From: an uncultured Methylocystaceae bacterium
Lineage (GTDB): Bacteria > Pseudomonadota > Alphaproteobacteria > Rhizobiales > Beijerinckiaceae
DNA: 64,000 nt
Direction: 5' to 3'
NCBI GenBank assembly: GCA_903870245.1
Contig: CAIQCB010000021.1
Location: 38,088 to 102,087 of the forward strand
Positions 28,941-40,212 of the stretch are shown here, in pieces (position 1 is the first letter of the stretch; the number at the start of each line of letters is the position of its first letter). The translations under genes and the position numbers were made by a program. The notes under the pieces were generated by a model. It made no database searches and was not told the origin of the DNA. It saw only the letters and a program-made list of their open reading frames with translations.

Positions 28941-29663
28941 TCACTTATTGTCAGAACCTCGCAACAAGGAGGGGAGCATCCCGCCGATTTTGCCAAACAG
29001 CCCCCCTGTCTCGCTTGCGTCGGTCCCGTTTTTCGGGGCGGACGCCGCGCCCCGCGCCCCGTCCGTTTTGCCTAGCGCGCCGCCGCCGTTCCAGAGCGCG
29101 CCAATGGCCCCTAACAATCCCGGGGGTTTGCTGGTCTCATGGTCGACGGCGTCCGGCGACGCCTGTGTCTGACGTCGGTATCCGTCCGGGGGTTCTGCGA
29201 GCTCCTTCCGTCTCGGGTCATTGGGCTCGGACTCGAGCGTGCGGGTGCGCGCCCGGATCATGCGCTGGAAAAAATTTTGCTCCTCGGCTTCAGGGGGCGC
29301 TTCCGCAGACGGAGAAGCATTATTTTGTGGTTCCTGATCTTCGGCTTGTTCTGGCGGCGTGGCGGAGGATTGGGCGTCGCGAGGGGTTGTCGGCGAAGCG
29401 TCGCCGATAGGGGCGGCTGGCCAGCCCGCAGGATGCGCAAGACCGGGTTTAGTCGGCGGCAGGGGAACAAGAGCTTCGCCGGTTAGGGCCTTCGTCGGCT
29501 TTCGGCCGGCCTGCTCAGTTCCGACCCCGGCGGCCTTGCTCTTTTTGGCGGCGGCGGGGGAGGCGTCCAGGGCGCGCGCCGGGATCCCGCCCGGGCCAGT
29601 AGCCGCGGCGGCGATAAGGACGAGCGCGCAGACGGCGCGCAAACGCGCCGATGCGATGAACAT
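28941..29663 (-). CDS. Hypothetical exported Pro/Ala/Glu-rich low-complexity protein (possibly DUF3035-like)
   Basis: Start chosen at MFIASARLRAVCALVLIAAAA (signal peptide). The rest is low complexity. It sits between lspA and the M16 peptidase pair, an arrangement I recall in Hyphomicrobiales. Family membership is not verifiable here. Confidence 0.55.
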   Translation of the reverse strand: MFIASARLRAVCALVLIAAAATGPGGIPARALDASPAAAKKSKAAGVGTEQAGRKPTKALTGEALVPLPPTKPGLAHPAGWPAAPIGDASPTTPRDAQSSATPPEQAEDQEPQNNASPSAEAPPEAEEQNFFQRMIRARTRTLESEPNDPRRKELAEPPDGYRRQTQASPDAVDHETSKPPGLLGAIGALWNGGGALGKTDGARGAASAPKNGTDASETGGLFGKIGGMLPSLLRGSDNK

Positions 29664-29703
29664 GGGCTCCCCTCCATCGTGACCGACGGAGAGCGATAGC
29701 AGA

Positions 29704-30210
29704 TTATTGTCGATTTGAGAGCGGCCGGGGCGCTGCAAGGCTTTCATAGAGCAGTAGTGCCACACCGGCGGTAATCGCTATGTCGGCGGCGTTGAAAACG
29801 TAATTGGCCAGCGGACCCACTGGCAAGGTGGTGTGCAGGTAGAAAAAGTCGGCGACGGCTCCCCGCGCCAATCGATCGATCATATTGCCCAGCGCTCCGC
29901 CTATCACGAGTCCGAGCGCAAGACCGCTCAATCGATTTTCAGCAGACCGTAGCCAGGTCACGAGCCCGATTACGATTGCGGCCTGAATGGCGAGCATCAC
30001 GTAACGCGCCCATCTTTCGTGGGTGGCGAAGAGGGAATACGATATCCCGTAGTTCCAAGACAGCACGAGATCGAGAAACGGCGCGAGCGTCACGGGCGAA
30101 CGGGCGGCGACGTCGTAGACATTCAGCATCCAGTATTTATGCGCCTGATCCAGAGTCAGGGCGGCAAGGGCGGCGGCGACGCCTATGGCGCGGGGGGAAA
30201 GATGGCGCAA
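29704..30210 (-). CDS. lspA: Lipoprotein signal peptidase (signal peptidase II)
   Basis: 168 aa with four TM segments. Motifs NYGISYSLF, GGALGNMIDR and FNAADIAIT. Confidence 0.9.
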   Translation of the reverse strand: MRHLSPRAIGVAAALAALTLDQAHKYWMLNVYDVAARSPVTLAPFLDLVLSWNYGISYSLFATHERWARYVMLAIQAAIVIGLVTWLRSAENRLSGLALGLVIGGALGNMIDRLARGAVADFFYLHTTLPVGPLANYVFNAADIAITAGVALLLYESLAAPRPLSNRQ

Positions 30211-30504
30211 GCGCGGGCTCCGGGACCGCGTCTTAATGCCAGCGGGGACGCGATCGCGTCAATAATCAGCGTCGGACAGCCTTTGGGTTCAAAATACGAG
30301 ATTCTTCGGTGGCAGGGCCAGGGCCTTGAGCGCGTTGAGGAAAATTGAACATTCGGCAAGCCCGGGACGGATTGCGCGTCTGCAAGTTGGAAAATCTCTG
30401 GATTTGGCCTCAAAAGCCTTGCCTTAACAATAAATGATCCGTCTCTACCCGGCAAAATCGCAATTTTCTGCCCGCAAGAAGCGTCGACAGGCTGGGCGCC
30501 GATA

Positions 30505-30533
30505 CTTGACAGAAACAGAGCCATTACATATTT
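30505..30533 (+). promoter_or_regulatory. Candidate RpoH (sigma32)-type promoter of groESL (CTTG-N18-CATATTT)
   Basis: CTTG at 30505-30508 and CATATTT at 30527-30533, immediately upstream of CIRCE. It resembles the alphaproteobacterial sigma32 consensus CTTG-N17/18-CYTATNT. Confidence 0.4.
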
Positions 30534-30544
30534 CTCAACTGCTG

Positions 30545-30571
30545 CTAGCACTCGTTCTCAGAGAGTGCCAG
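30545..30571. promoter_or_regulatory. CIRCE operator (HrcA binding site): CTAGCACTC-N9-GAGTGCCAG
   Basis: Read directly, 15/18 match to TTAGCACTC-N9-GAGTGCTAA. The inverted repeat extends outward (TGCTG...CAGCA). It lies about 70 nt upstream of groES. Confidence 0.85.
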
Positions 30572-30640
30572 CAGCATTCGCTTAGTCATTCGCCGGTGGG
30601 GCGGTCCCCCGTCGCCGGCGCAGAAAAGGAAAAATTAACA

Positions 30641-30928
30641 ATGGCGTTTCGTCCCCTGCACGACCGGGTTGTGGTCAAGCGTCTTGAAGGCGAAGAGAAG
30701 ACCAAGGGCGGCATCATCATTCCCGACACCGCCAAGGAAAAGCCTCAGGAAGGCAAGGTGATCTCCGTCGGCCCCGGCGCCCGTGACGAGAGCGGCAAGC
30801 TGGTCCCCCTCGACGTGAAGGCCGGCGACCGCGTGCTGTTCGGCAAATGGTCGGGCACCGAGGTCAAGATCGACGGCGAAGATCTACTCATCATGAAGGA
30901 AAGCGACATTCTGGGCATCGTCGACTAA
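30641..30928 (+). CDS. groES: Co-chaperonin GroES
   Basis: [38 protein letters not shown]..., 95 aa. Confidence 0.97.
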   Translation: MAFRPLHDRVVVKRLEGEEKTKGGIIIPDTAKEKPQEGKVISVGPGARDESGKLVPLDVKAGDRVLFGKWSGTEVKIDGEDLLIMKESDILGIVD

Positions 30929-30974
30929 CTCGGCCCCGCCTTCATCCGACTTTCCACACATTCAGGAGTTTTAA

Positions 30975-32615
<1,641 letters not shown>

Positions 32616-32641
32616 TCCCGCGCTCTGGCTGAAATTTGGCG

Positions 32642-32675
32642 AAGGCCCCGGCAACGGGGCCTTTTCCATTTTTAG
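32642..32675 (+). terminator. Rho-independent terminator after groEL
   Basis: Stem AAGGCCCCG (32642-32650) pairs with CGGGGCCTT (32655-32663) around a GCAA loop, followed by TTCCATTTTT. Confidence 0.75.
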
Positions 32676-32804
32676 CTGCTGCGCGCCGACGCAACCGCTC
32701 TCAAAATGTCCTCCCGGTGGTCGTTGCGGACGCCATCGGGCTCGTCTATCGTGGCCTTGCGTCGACCCGCAGTCGGCGCGGTCACGAGAGTCCGGGAGAT
32801 CAAT

Positions 32805-32951
32805 ATGGCGGGTAATATCGGGTCGGCGTCGGGCGGCGCGGACTGGGCCGAACATGTCAAAACCTACAATGGTTTTATCTGGCTGTTAAAATTCTCAGCC
32901 TCTCTGACGGCGATAACCCTCCTTCTTCTCTACCTGGTTTTCGCCAGATAA
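32805..32951 (+). CDS. Small single-TM protein resembling bacterial aa3-type cytochrome c oxidase subunit IV family
   Basis: 48 aa from ATG 32805: MAGNIGSASGGADWAEHVKTYNGFIWLLKFSASLTAITLLLLYLVFAR. The H-x3-Y/F-x-G-F motif followed by a TM helix matches my recollection of that family. It lies directly upstream of pntAA. Confidence 0.55.
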   Translation: MAGNIGSASGGADWAEHVKTYNGFIWLLKFSASLTAITLLLLYLVFAR

Positions 32952-33024
32952 TCACCGAGCCCCTCGCGCCACGCCGTTGGGGGCTCCTCCTGACGGGCGG
33001 CGGTTCCTCAAACCGGAGTTCGTC

Positions 33025-34155
33025 ATGCGAATCGCCGTATTGGCCGAAACGGACGCCGCCGAACCACGTGTGGCGGCGACCCCCGAGACCGTCAAAAAAT
33101 TTGTAAATCTCGGCGCCGAGGTTGCGGTTCAGGCCGGGGCTGGCGCAGCATCCAACATCTCCGACGCGGATTTCGCCGCCGCCGGCGCCATGATCGGCGC
33201 CGATTCAGCGCAGGCGCTTTCGGGCGCGGACGTCGCCCTGCGCGTGCGTCGGCCCACCGCCGCCGAATTGGCCGGGGCCAGGCCCAACCTTGCCGTGTTT
33301 GCGCTGATGGACCCCTACGGCAACGGCGCGGCGCTGGCCGATCTCGCCCGCAGCGGCGCCATCGCTTTCGCCATGGAGCTGATGCCGCGCATCACCCGCG
33401 CTCAATCGATGGACGTTTTGTCTTCGCAAGCCAATCTCGCCGGTTATCGCGCCGTGATCGACGGGGCGGCCGAATATGGTCGATCCTTCCCGATGATGAT
33501 GACTGCTGCGGGCACTGTGCCGGCGGCCAAGGCCTTTATCATGGGCGTCGGCGTCGCCGGCTTGCAGGCGATCGCCACGGCGCGGCGGCTCGGCGCCATT
33601 GTCACCGCTACCGACGTGCGGCCGGCCACCAAGGAGCAGGTCGAGTCGCTTGGAGCGAAATTTCTCGCCGTTGAGAATGAGGAGTTTCAGCAGGCGCAGA
33701 CCGCCGGCGGCTACGCCAAGGAAATGTCGCCCGAATATCAGCAGGCGCAAGCCGAACTCACGGCGTCACATATCGCCAAACAAGATGTGGTGATCACCAC
33801 CGCGTTGATCCCCGGACGCCCGGCGCCAAGACTGGTCTCCGCCGGCATGGTGCGCTCCATGCGTCCCGGTTCGGTGATTGTCGATCTTGCTGCGGAGCGC
33901 GGCGGCAATTGCGAATTGACGCGTCCAGGCGAGACCGTCGTCGAGAGTGGCGTCAGGATCGTCGGGGCGCTCAACCTCGCAGGCCGCATGGCGCCGACGG
34001 CGTCGAGCCTATACGCCAAGAATCTGCTCGCCTTCATTGAGACGATGATCGTCAAGGAGAGTAAGCAATTCCTGATCAACTGGGACGACGAGCTTGTGAA
34101 GGCGACGGCGCTGACGCGCGACGGCGCCGTGATCGATCAACGTTTCGCACAGTAA
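33025..34155 (+). CDS. pntAA: NAD(P) transhydrogenase subunit alpha part 1 (dI)
   Basis: Start at [25 protein letters not shown]. Motifs [18 protein letters not shown] (Rossmann) and LIPGRPAP. Confidence 0.93.
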   Translation: MRIAVLAETDAAEPRVAATPETVKKFVNLGAEVAVQAGAGAASNISDADFAAAGAMIGADSAQALSGADVALRVRRPTAAELAGARPNLAVFALMDPYGNGAALADLARSGAIAFAMELMPRITRAQSMDVLSSQANLAGYRAVIDGAAEYGRSFPMMMTAAGTVPAAKAFIMGVGVAGLQAIATARRLGAIVTATDVRPATKEQVESLGAKFLAVENEEFQQAQTAGGYAKEMSPEYQQAQAELTASHIAKQDVVITTALIPGRPAPRLVSAGMVRSMRPGSVIVDLAAERGGNCELTRPGETVVESGVRIVGALNLAGRMAPTASSLYAKNLLAFIETMIVKESKQFLINWDDELVKATALTRDGAVIDQRFAQ

Positions 34156-34195
34156 TCAGCCCGAGCGACGTCCAGCCAAAGGGAAGGCGCCACAG

Positions 34196-34645
34196 ATGAC
34201 CGACTCCACCCAGCAATTGCTCGAACAGGCGCACAACGCCGCAGAGTCGACACGACGACTGGCCGAACAGGCGCAGCTTTATTCCGATCAGATTGCCCAT
34301 ACAGCCGCCGCGGCGACGGCGCACGGTCTGGGCGGCGGCGTTATTGATCCCTTCATTTTTCGCCTCGCGATTTTCGCGCTCGCCGTGTTTGTCGGATATT
34401 ACGTCGTGTGGTCGGTGACGCCGGCGTTGCACACGCCGCTGATGTCGGTGACGAACGCTATCTCCTCGGTGATTGTGGTCGGCGCGCTGTTGTCGACGGG
34501 CGTCGACGTCGCTACGGCGACGGACAGCGGCGCCGGCTGGGCGCGCTGGTTTGGGTTCATTGCGTTGATCCTCGCTTGTGTGAACATTTTCGGCGGCTTC
34601 CTCGTTACGCAACGGATGCTCGCCATGTATAAAAAGAAAGGCTGA
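34196..34645 (+). CDS. pntAB: NAD(P) transhydrogenase subunit alpha part 2 (membrane dII-a)
   Basis: 149 aa. [19 protein letters not shown] and [17 protein letters not shown] are typical motifs. It has an unusually long Ala/Gln-rich N-terminal extension. Confidence 0.9.
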   Translation: MTDSTQQLLEQAHNAAESTRRLAEQAQLYSDQIAHTAAAATAHGLGGGVIDPFIFRLAIFALAVFVGYYVVWSVTPALHTPLMSVTNAISSVIVVGALLSTGVDVATATDSGAGWARWFGFIALILACVNIFGGFLVTQRMLAMYKKKG

Positions 34646-34650
34646 TCGCC

Positions 34651-36048
34651 ATGAGCGCGAATTTCGCAGCCATTCTCTACCTCGCCGCCGGCGTTCTCTT
34701 TATTCTCGCCCTGCGCGGACTTTCCTCGCCGGCGACCTCGCGCGACGGTAACCGCTACGGCATGATCGGCATGGCTGTCGCCGTGGCGACCACACTGTTG
34801 TTGCATTTGCCGCCCGTGTTCGGCTTCGTGCTGATCGTGCTGGGCGTCGCCATTGGCGGCGGCGCCGGCGCTTTTCTCGCTCAGCGCATCGAAATGACCA
34901 AGATGCCTGAACTGGTGGCTTTCTTCCACTCGCTGGTCGGACTGGCCGCCGTGCTTGTGGCGTCGAGCGCCTTTTTCGCGCCGCAGGCCTTTGGCATTGG
35001 CGCGCCGGGCGAAATCGAGGGCGGCAGTCTGGTGGAGATGTCGTTGGGCGCGGCGATCGGGGCCATCACCTTCACCGGCTCGATCATCGCCTTCCTGAAA
35101 CTCTCCGAACGCATGAGCGGCAAGCCCATCCTTTTACCCGAGCGTCACAAGATCAACATTGCGCTCGGTGTCTCTCTTGCGCTGTTGATCATGCTTTTTG
35201 TCTCCAGCGAGAGCGGCTGGTGGCTGTTGCTGCTGATCCTCGTTTCCTTCGTGTTGGGCGTCACGCTGATCATTCCGATTGGCGGCGCGGACATGCCGGT
35301 CGTTGTGTCGATGCTCAACTCCTATTCGGGCTGGGCTGCGGCGGGCATCGGCTTCACGCTCGGCAATCTGGCGCTGATCATCACCGGCGCGCTGGTCGGC
35401 TCCTCGGGCGCGATCCTGTCCTATATCATGTGCAAGGGCATGAACCGCAGTTTCGTTTCGGTCATTCTCGGCGGATTCGGCGGCGAGACGGCCGCCGGCG
35501 GCGGCGAGAAGGAGACTCGCAACGTCAAACAGGGGTCGGCCGAAGACGCAGCCTATGTCATGCAGAACGCCGGTAAGGTGATTATCGTGCCGGGCTATGG
35601 CATGGCTGTGGCGCAGGCCCAGCATGCGCTGCGCGAAATGGCCGATCTGCTGAAAAAAGAGGGCGTCGAGGTCTCCTACGCCATTCATCCGGTCGCCGGC
35701 CGCATGCCCGGACACATGAACGTTCTGCTGGCCGAGGCCAATGTTCCCTATGACGAGGTGTTCGAACTGGAGGACATTAACTCCGAATTCGGCCAGGCGG
35801 ATGTCGCCTTTGTCATTGGCGCCAATGACGTTACAAATCCGGCGGCGAAGACCGACAAGAGTTCGGCCATCTACGGAATGCCGATCCTTGATGTCGAGAA
35901 AGCTAAAACGGTTCTCTTTCTCAAACGCGGCCTGGGCTCCGGCTACGCGGGCGTGGAGAATGAGCTGTTTTTTCGCCCCAACACCATGATGCTTTTCGGC
36001 GACGCCAAGAAAACTGTTGAGGCGATCGTGAAGGGCCTCTCGCATTAA
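34651..36048 (+). CDS. pntB: NAD(P) transhydrogenase subunit beta
   Basis: 465 aa. Membrane domain followed by dIII: PGYGMAVAQAQH...HPVAGRMPGHMNVLLAEA...GANDVTNPAA. Confidence 0.95.
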   Translation: MSANFAAILYLAAGVLFILALRGLSSPATSRDGNRYGMIGMAVAVATTLLLHLPPVFGFVLIVLGVAIGGGAGAFLAQRIEMTKMPELVAFFHSLVGLAAVLVASSAFFAPQAFGIGAPGEIEGGSLVEMSLGAAIGAITFTGSIIAFLKLSERMSGKPILLPERHKINIALGVSLALLIMLFVSSESGWWLLLLILVSFVLGVTLIIPIGGADMPVVVSMLNSYSGWAAAGIGFTLGNLALIITGALVGSSGAILSYIMCKGMNRSFVSVILGGFGGETAAGGGEKETRNVKQGSAEDAAYVMQNAGKVIIVPGYGMAVAQAQHALREMADLLKKEGVEVSYAIHPVAGRMPGHMNVLLAEANVPYDEVFELEDINSEFGQADVAFVIGANDVTNPAAKTDKSSAIYGMPILDVEKAKTVLFLKRGLGSGYAGVENELFFRPNTMMLFGDAKKTVEAIVKGLSH

Positions 36049-36090
36049 GATCGCCGCGACAGAGCCTCTCTGAATTGGCGCGCATTAAAC

Positions 36091-36125
36091 AAAAACGCCC
36101 GGGAGGAAACTCCCGGGCGTTTTTT
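36091..36125. terminator. Bidirectional rho-independent terminator between pntB and the TonB-dependent receptor gene
   Basis: An 11-bp stem, ACGCCCGGGAG (36095-36105) pairing with CTCCCGGGCGT (36110-36120), around a GAAA loop. It is flanked by AAAA (36091-36094) and TTTTT (36121-36125). Confidence 0.85.
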
Positions 36126-36132
36126 CGGATTG

Positions 36133-38907
36133 TCAATCGATCGAAAGTCCGACCGGTTGGACCCAGTTCGCCACATCCGGCGCGCCGCTCTCGCCGCCAG
36201 TGAACGCGCTGGCGAAGATTCCCGGGTCGCCCTTCTTGACCGCGCCCAGCTCATATTTGCCGGACATGTAAAAGGTGCGCTGCGGGAAGGGATGGAACAG
36301 CCAGTATTTCTGGTTATTCAGGTTGTCGACGCCGAAGTCGAAGGTGAGATGATCGTTGTATTTATAGGCTGTCTTGATGTCGACGACCGTGAAGCCGCTC
36401 CAGGCCTGATAGCCGAAGGCCCCGTAGTCGTTGTTGGAGAGCGTTGACCAGACTTTGCTCTGGTAACGCGCTGCAGCCGTGAACGCCCAGTGATCGTCCG
36501 GCCGCCATGTAGCAGTGACTGTGCCGCGCCATTCCGGCACATAAGGCATGTTTTTGCCTGCGATAGATAAGCACCAGGAATCATAGTTGCCGGATAGAAC
36601 GCTCGCCGGGCTGGCCGCCGTCGTTGTCGGCGCCCATGTCGGATCGGAGATGATCCGGGAATTCACCCATGTCGCGCTACCGGTCATTTCGAGGCCCTTC
36701 AGGAGAACATTGTTTTTTTGAAGGGCGACTTCGACGCCGCTGTTGCGGATGCGCTGAATATTAACGTTATTTGTGGTCGCAACGACAATAGGTCCGGGGT
36801 TCAGCGTGGTTTGTCCGACGATCGCGTCCCGAACTTCCTCGTCGAAGAGAGCGACCCTGGCGTTGCCTCCCTCATTGTCGAGCGTGCGCTGGAAGTTGAT
36901 TTCCTTGGTCAGGGCCACCTCCGGCCGGAGATAGGGATTCGGCTGAACATTGTTGCCCGAGGCGCTGTTGAAAGAAAGATTGTAAAGCTCCTTCACGGTT
37001 GGGAAACGGTTAGCCATGCCGATATTTCCATTGACCGTCCACTTTTCATCGATCTTGTATTCGAGCGATCCCTTCGGCGACCAGCGCGTGCTGTAGAGAT
37101 TAGGCTGATAGATTGGCATCATGAGCGCTGCGGCGTTTTTTGGCACGGAAGTGTAGCCAAACCCCGTCGCCGCCTGCGAGCCCGGTTGAGCCTGATTGAC
37201 GCCGTTCGACGCAATCCAGTTCTCGGCCCTCACGCCTGTGGTGAGCTTGAGGTCGGGAACGATGTCGAAAGCGTCCTGCATCCATAGCGCCTTGGTGCGT
37301 GTCGTGCCGCGCGAGATCGTTTGCGCAAATCCGTAGGCAGTCGACTCGCCGCCCGTCCAGCTATAGTTCCAGTAGGTCGGGTTGTTGAGATTGAACTGAT
37401 CGCCATGCAGGCCGAAACTTATGGCGTGGCCTTTGAACAAACCGCTATCCGGACGAAGAATTCCCTTTGCGTCAAGCAAGGTCCAGTAGGTGCCGCCGTT
37501 CTTGATGGTTCGTCCAAACTGCGTCCAGCCTCCATAGGGGAATGCGCCTGACCAGGGGCTGTTCTGGTTTGATTGAAGATAACTGAAGTTAGAGGCGGAG
37601 ATTTCGTAATCGAACAGGCCATTGGTGTTCGATTTGACGGCGCCGGAGTTGACCAGCATCTTTTCCTGCACGCGATAATAGCCGGCGCCGAATTGCTGTA
37701 GAGCGCTTGTGCCGAGCGCCGGCGCCGGCGTTGTGGCGAGCGTGCGTCCCGGCTTGCCGCCCCAATAAGGCCCACCGCCGTCAATCAGATAATTCTGGAT
37801 ATTCGAGGTGCCGTCGTTGGACCAGAACCCCAGCGTATAGGTGGCGCGCGTCGTAGCGTTGATGTCGTAGGCGCCCTTGAATTTGGCGTTGACCTGATCG
37901 TTGGCCAGATTGCCGGTCGCGCCGAGAACGGTCGTCGGTTGATTGAACTTGCCGGATTGATACCAGGCGCTCGGGTAGGGCTGAAAGACTCCTGATGTCG
38001 CGTTCGTGACGAATGTCAGTGGTTGTTGAGAGCCGCGTTGCCAGTTGCCGGAGACGTTCCAGCTGAAGTCGCCGACCTTGTCGCCCACGAAGATCTGGGT
38101 AACGTTGTTCACGAACAGGCGCTGCGTGCCGTATTGCGAGTAATCCTGATAACTGGTGATGTTCTTGGCGGTGACGGTCAATTTCTCCGGCATACGCGTC
38201 GTAATCTTCAATACGCCGCCCATTGAGTTGCCGGGATATTCAGCAGCGTAGGGACCATAAAGGAAGTCAACGCGCTCGATTTCCTCCGGCGCGACAAGAC
38301 CCCAGCGCGGCGCGCCCTGGGTGTTGTCGTTGGCGATCAGCGCCGTCAATAACAGGTCGTCAGCGTAGACAAGGCTGCGCGCCGAGGAGTTGACGCCCCA
38401 TGTGCGCGTTTGCAGCACCGCCTGGGTATCGCCATTGTTGCGTTTGCGCACGAACAGACTTGGCATGTATTTCACCGCGTCTTCCGTATCCACGATATTG
38501 ATCTTGGTCTCGATCTGTTTGCGCGTAATGCTGGCGACGGTGTTGGGCAGATGCCATTTCTCGACGAAAGCCGGCCGGCCATTCGGCAGCGTGGGCGACC
38601 AGATCGACTTCGGCGCATCGGGGTCGAGTTTCTCGCCCAGTGTTTCGCCGGGCGCCGATTGTGCGGTTTGGACGGAAGCCCCGCCGCCGCCCCCGCCAGG
38701 GGAGACCACACGGTTCGCGGTAGTTGCGCGGCCGGTTGCGGTTGGCTTGCCACGAGGCGCGCTGGCGATGCGCTGGGCTTTTTGCGATCCGCCAACATTA
38801 ATGGTCGGCAGGGACTGCTGGGCGCTGGCCGCTTGCGGCCACACTGCGAGACAAACGAGACTGATCGCGCCGGCGGAAACGCCGCGCAGGAGTTTTTTAC
38901 GATACAT
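36133..38907 (-). CDS. TonB-dependent outer-membrane receptor (924 aa) with an extended Gly/Ala-rich N-terminal linker
   Basis: Signal peptide ...WPQAASA. Plug-domain motifs (DTEDAVKYMPSLFVRKRNNGD, RVDFLYGPYAAEYPGNSMGGVLKITT), a long beta-barrel rich in aromatic/Gly/Asn, and a C-terminal aromatic-type end (...PVGLSID is atypical, penultimate region YMSGKYEL). Substrate unknown. Confidence 0.9.
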   Translation of the reverse strand: MYRKKLLRGVSAGAISLVCLAVWPQAASAQQSLPTINVGGSQKAQRIASAPRGKPTATGRATTANRVVSPGGGGGGASVQTAQSAPGETLGEKLDPDAPKSIWSPTLPNGRPAFVEKWHLPNTVASITRKQIETKINIVDTEDAVKYMPSLFVRKRNNGDTQAVLQTRTWGVNSSARSLVYADDLLLTALIANDNTQGAPRWGLVAPEEIERVDFLYGPYAAEYPGNSMGGVLKITTRMPEKLTVTAKNITSYQDYSQYGTQRLFVNNVTQIFVGDKVGDFSWNVSGNWQRGSQQPLTFVTNATSGVFQPYPSAWYQSGKFNQPTTVLGATGNLANDQVNAKFKGAYDINATTRATYTLGFWSNDGTSNIQNYLIDGGGPYWGGKPGRTLATTPAPALGTSALQQFGAGYYRVQEKMLVNSGAVKSNTNGLFDYEISASNFSYLQSNQNSPWSGAFPYGGWTQFGRTIKNGGTYWTLLDAKGILRPDSGLFKGHAISFGLHGDQFNLNNPTYWNYSWTGGESTAYGFAQTISRGTTRTKALWMQDAFDIVPDLKLTTGVRAENWIASNGVNQAQPGSQAATGFGYTSVPKNAAALMMPIYQPNLYSTRWSPKGSLEYKIDEKWTVNGNIGMANRFPTVKELYNLSFNSASGNNVQPNPYLRPEVALTKEINFQRTLDNEGGNARVALFDEEVRDAIVGQTTLNPGPIVVATTNNVNIQRIRNSGVEVALQKNNVLLKGLEMTGSATWVNSRIISDPTWAPTTTAASPASVLSGNYDSWCLSIAGKNMPYVPEWRGTVTATWRPDDHWAFTAAARYQSKVWSTLSNNDYGAFGYQAWSGFTVVDIKTAYKYNDHLTFDFGVDNLNNQKYWLFHPFPQRTFYMSGKYELGAVKKGDPGIFASAFTGGESGAPDVANWVQPVGLSID

Positions 38908-38982
38908 GTTCGTATTCCTTCATGCGCCGTCAGGCGCGACTGATCCATGCGCGGCATTGCGCGCGAATGTTTAGAGAGGGGA

Positions 38983-39414
38983 TCAGATGAAGGCGGGCGG
39001 TCCGCGCGCCGGCGCGCTGCGGTTGAGAGCGATCGCCGCAATCGTTTCGCGGGCGTGCTCGAAGGATAGCTTTTCGTATATCTCCACGATCCGCGCCTCT
39101 GGCGCCGCCCATCCGACGGGAGACGCATCGACGCTCGCCTCGCAGAATCCGCAGGAGGCGTGATCCTGTTGCGAGACGGGGAGTTCTTCTGAGGTCAGGT
39201 CTTTGGCGAATCCTCGTTTCGCGCCGTCCGGCCTTCTGGTCGTCAGGTTAGATCGAGGCTGACTCCAGCGTTGCGCCAGCAACGCTTGCGCCTTGCACCA
39301 CACGTCCATCGCCACCAACCCGCTACCGGTCGACGCCACCCCAGCCATGGGCGCGGCGACTTGCGTCAGCATCGTGACGCAAACGATCAGAGAGGCAAGT
39401 AATTTACGGCGCAT
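38983..39414 (-). CDS. Small exported CxxC protein, DUF2946-like, leader gene of the receptor operon
   Basis: Start chosen at MRRKLLASLIVCVTMLTQVAAPMAGVAS (signal/TM). Internal HASCGFCE motif and C-terminal ...APARGPPAFI. It lies 75 bp upstream of the receptor gene on the same strand. The family assignment is from memory of DUF2946 features and is not HMM-verified. Confidence 0.55.
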   Translation of the reverse strand: MRRKLLASLIVCVTMLTQVAAPMAGVASTGSGLVAMDVWCKAQALLAQRWSQPRSNLTTRRPDGAKRGFAKDLTSEELPVSQQDHASCGFCEASVDASPVGWAAPEARIVEIYEKLSFEHARETIAAIALNRSAPARGPPAFI

Positions 39415-39688
39415 GATCTCAGACGTGATTCGTTCTATGAAAACGCATGCAGAGTGTTCCCGGCGTCTCTGGCCGTAAAGCTCTCCATAGTTCGTAAGAC
39501 TTGAAAAACCCGTCATGCGTCTTTTCGGTCACACTGTGTAAGCCGCGCCTGCCCGTGGCCTTTCGCGCCGGCGACTGTTAACCATTTTTGCGAAATGACA
39601 GCCCATCATCTGACCGGCGCGGGCAGAATCGAAGCATTCCAATATGGCTTGCGTTGTCAGGCCGTAAAAATTCCGTTAAAGTTTATCT

Positions 39689-40093
39689 ATGTCACAAATT
39701 CGCGCCATTCTGTTCCGGTTACGTGCGGCGATTGTTCTCGTCGCCGTTACGGCGGTTTTTGGCGGCGCACTACTCACGACCCCGGCGGCGCGCGCGGCGT
39801 CCTTTTCCTCGGGCCTTTCCGCCCCCTGTGACCACCAACCGGCGAATCAAGCGGCGATAGACGGCAAGTCAGGCGCGCCGATTAAACGGGCGGGCTTTGC
39901 CGGTCATTGTCCGGATTGCTGCCTGTTCGGCGGCTTGGGCGTTCTGGCGCTTCAGGCCCGCGCGTCATTCTTGATCCAGCCGCCGGTCGAGACCGGCGGG
40001 AAGACCCTCTATTTTGTGAGTGGGGCCAATGCGCCGGAACTGCTGCTATCCGGGGCGGCAAACGGGGCCAGAGCGCCGCCCGGTGTGATCTAG
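39689..40093 (+). CDS. Small exported CxxC protein, DUF2946-like, leader gene of the exbBD-tonB operon
   Basis: 134 aa. N-terminal TM/signal (AAIVLVAVTAVFGGALL...ARAAS), GHCPDCCLFGG followed by a hydrophobic stretch, and C-terminal ...GARAPPGVI. It shares the CxxC plus R(A/G)PP-end pattern with 38983..39414. Confidence 0.6.
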   Translation: MSQIRAILFRLRAAIVLVAVTAVFGGALLTTPAARAASFSSGLSAPCDHQPANQAAIDGKSGAPIKRAGFAGHCPDCCLFGGLGVLALQARASFLIQPPVETGGKTLYFVSGANAPELLLSGAANGARAPPGVI

Positions 40094-40212
40094 GCGTCCG
40101 GGTCGGCTTTGGCGTCTCCCGGCAAAACCGGCATACGGCTTCATACAACAATCCACCAGTCACATCCTGCAGCGCCGTCACGCGCGCCTGCAATCAAAAA
40201 CGAGTTCATGTC

